64,000 nucleotides of DNA from the NCBI RefSeq assembly GCF_964194025.1, contig NC_134473.1:28830001-28894000 (forward strand), given 5' to 3'. Origin of the DNA: Convolutriloba macropyga. Taxonomy: Eukaryota. Positions within the stretch are counted from its first letter, which is position 1. Each line of letters opens with the position of its first letter. The position numbers and the translations under genes were made by a program. The notes under the pieces are model-generated. The model worked only from the letters and a program-made list of their open reading frames with translations, was not told where the DNA came from and made no database searches. Below, piece by piece: positions 62,566 to 64,000 of the stretch.

Positions 62566-64000
62566 TGTTACAGAGGTGAATAAGAAGGAGAAAAGCAACT
62601 GAATTTATGAAATGAGGTTTTAATTATGGTCGTTGGTTGTGTTCTTATCAATGGTTAGTTTATCTTGGTTCATTTTTTTACCATTTTTTCTCATCGGTTT
62701 GGAATTTTCTCATGTTTAATTTAACCCGCATGTGTTCCTGTTAGTTAAATTAACAGATAACATGTTTACCTGCTTGACGAATCCCCTCAAGAACAAACAT
62801 TCCTTGACGTATCCCGTCAAGGTCAAAATCCTTGACGATTCCCATCATATTTTATGATGCTTTTCCTTTTTTGTTAAAATCCGGTTTACTCTTGATTACG
62901 ATCTGTTTCTGTTGCTATTATTATAAAATTTTCAAATGGTGTCTGTATTTTGTAATTTACAAGCATGTCATACGTTTTGTTCTTAGGGGTTACTACACTG
63001 CCTCCCTCTTAAAAAAATGAGTGTTCCACTCACTCAGAAGCACTCAGAACCAACTTTTAGTCCAAATAGTCTTCTGCTTCTTCTATTCCATATCTATCAC
63101 AATGTTTGGGGCTTTCTCGTCCTCCATAATGTTATTCGCCAGTAAAATAATCTTGAAAAGGTCCTCCCGACCACCCTTGCCCGGATGACACAGCAACGAC
63201 AAAGTTCTGAAGTGTTTCAGAATTGTGGTGGTTGTTGCCCCCTGAGGCAGGAACAAAAGCTCATATAGATTTGGAGGACGACTAAAAGGGCATTGTGCAT
63301 TTATTGCTTCCAGACTCCTGTGGATGACCGTTCCTGACGTCTGTTCCGTTTCCACCCTGCTTCTAAGTTTTCTGATATCTTTCTCGGCGTTCTCCAGCTC
63401 CCGAGCTAAACTCTCCCGCTCATCTACCAGAGCGAGAAATTCCTTTGTTTTGCTTTCCGCTTGGTTTTTGCCTCTTCTAATTGTCTGTTCAACATTTTAA
63501 CCTGCCTCCTGCAGGACTCCCACTGATTCCCAGCGTTTACTAGTAACTGTTTTGTCTCTATAAGTTGCTCGCGTAACGTTTGACCATCTAGCTTTAACTA
63601 CCAAAGCTCTTCTTTGAGCCGAAACCCTGTAGTTCCCAGCAATTCCGTGTTGTTTCTATTTCACTGCTGCTTTTCAATTTTCCGATGAAGCTCATTCAGC
63701 TTCAGCACACTGGTTTGGTTTCTCTCCACAATATTGGGGAGCTGAAGCTGCATCATTGATACCACATTTTTTTTGGACGTCACTCCGAGAATTCGATAAA
63801 CCAGTTGCCTGACTATTGACTATTCGTACAGTTCGGGTAAGTAGTAGCAGCAGTCTCCAAAATTTGGTTCTGCCATTCCTACGTATTACAAGATATAATA
63901 AAACCCTTGTATCAATTTCAATTCTGGCTATTTCGGGAAGAGATTTAGGCTTTTTTGCTTCCACAATTACAATGTTTGTGTCACCTTCACAAAATTCAAC
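62566..64000 (-). mobile_element. Probable 3' end of an LTR retroelement: accessory ORF, PPT (63010-62998) and LTR starting TGTAGT at 62997; left LTR boundary uncertain
   Basis: The minus strand reads TTTTTTT-AAGAGGGAGGCAG-TGTAGTAAC, a T-tract + PPT + TG pattern. No pol sequence or second LTR lies inside the window. Confidence 0.5.
63057..63600 (-). pseudogene. Decayed coiled-coil + C-terminal DnaJ (J-domain) protein gene
   Basis: NLYELLFL..GATTTTILKHFRTLSLLCHPGKGG.EDLFKII..A..I continues after a 1-nt shift as KHCDRYGIEEAEDYLD*, the J-domain YD.YG ending. Upstream heptad-rich segments are LKLDGQTLREQLIETKQLL, VKMLNRQLEEAK and ERESLARELENAEKDIRKLRSRVE. Confidence 0.75.

Noticed and set aside
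63692-63964. Possible chromodomain-like YLV motif in the 90-aa ORF
   Set aside because: Similarity is too weak to support.

Overview
AT-rich eukaryotic (animal-like, ciliated) genomic DNA with GT-AG introns; the species cannot be determined from this window. Four host genes, all on the minus strand: (1) one coding exon of an ALKBH7-like dioxygenase (4306-4678), split in the ORF track by a 1-nt homopolymer frameshift; (2, 3) two paralogous two-exon membrane-bound UDP-glycosyltransferases, UGT-A (12023-10928 + 10499-10054, 428-bp intron) and UGT-B (56944-55840 + 36357-35909, same intron position but about 19.5 kb long); (4) an intronless DYNC2LI1 (60565-61614) with a palindromic upstream region. 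The rest is mobile and repetitive DNA: a decayed Ty1/copia element with an internal duplication and an almost fully deleted 5' LTR, an old plus-strand BEL/Pao relic, a young full-length but defective BEL/Pao element (LTRs and TSD, with its empty site preserved in a neighbouring duplicate), a LINE RT relic, a 780-bp intronic foldback, several 2-3 kb tandem duplications, minisatellites and two N gaps. The most unusual item is at the right edge: a decayed coiled-coil + DnaJ/J-domain ORF ending just upstream of what looks like a polypurine tract and LTR start, suggesting an LTR retroelement that carries a J-domain accessory gene. All identifications come from reading the sequence by eye; no database searches were run.
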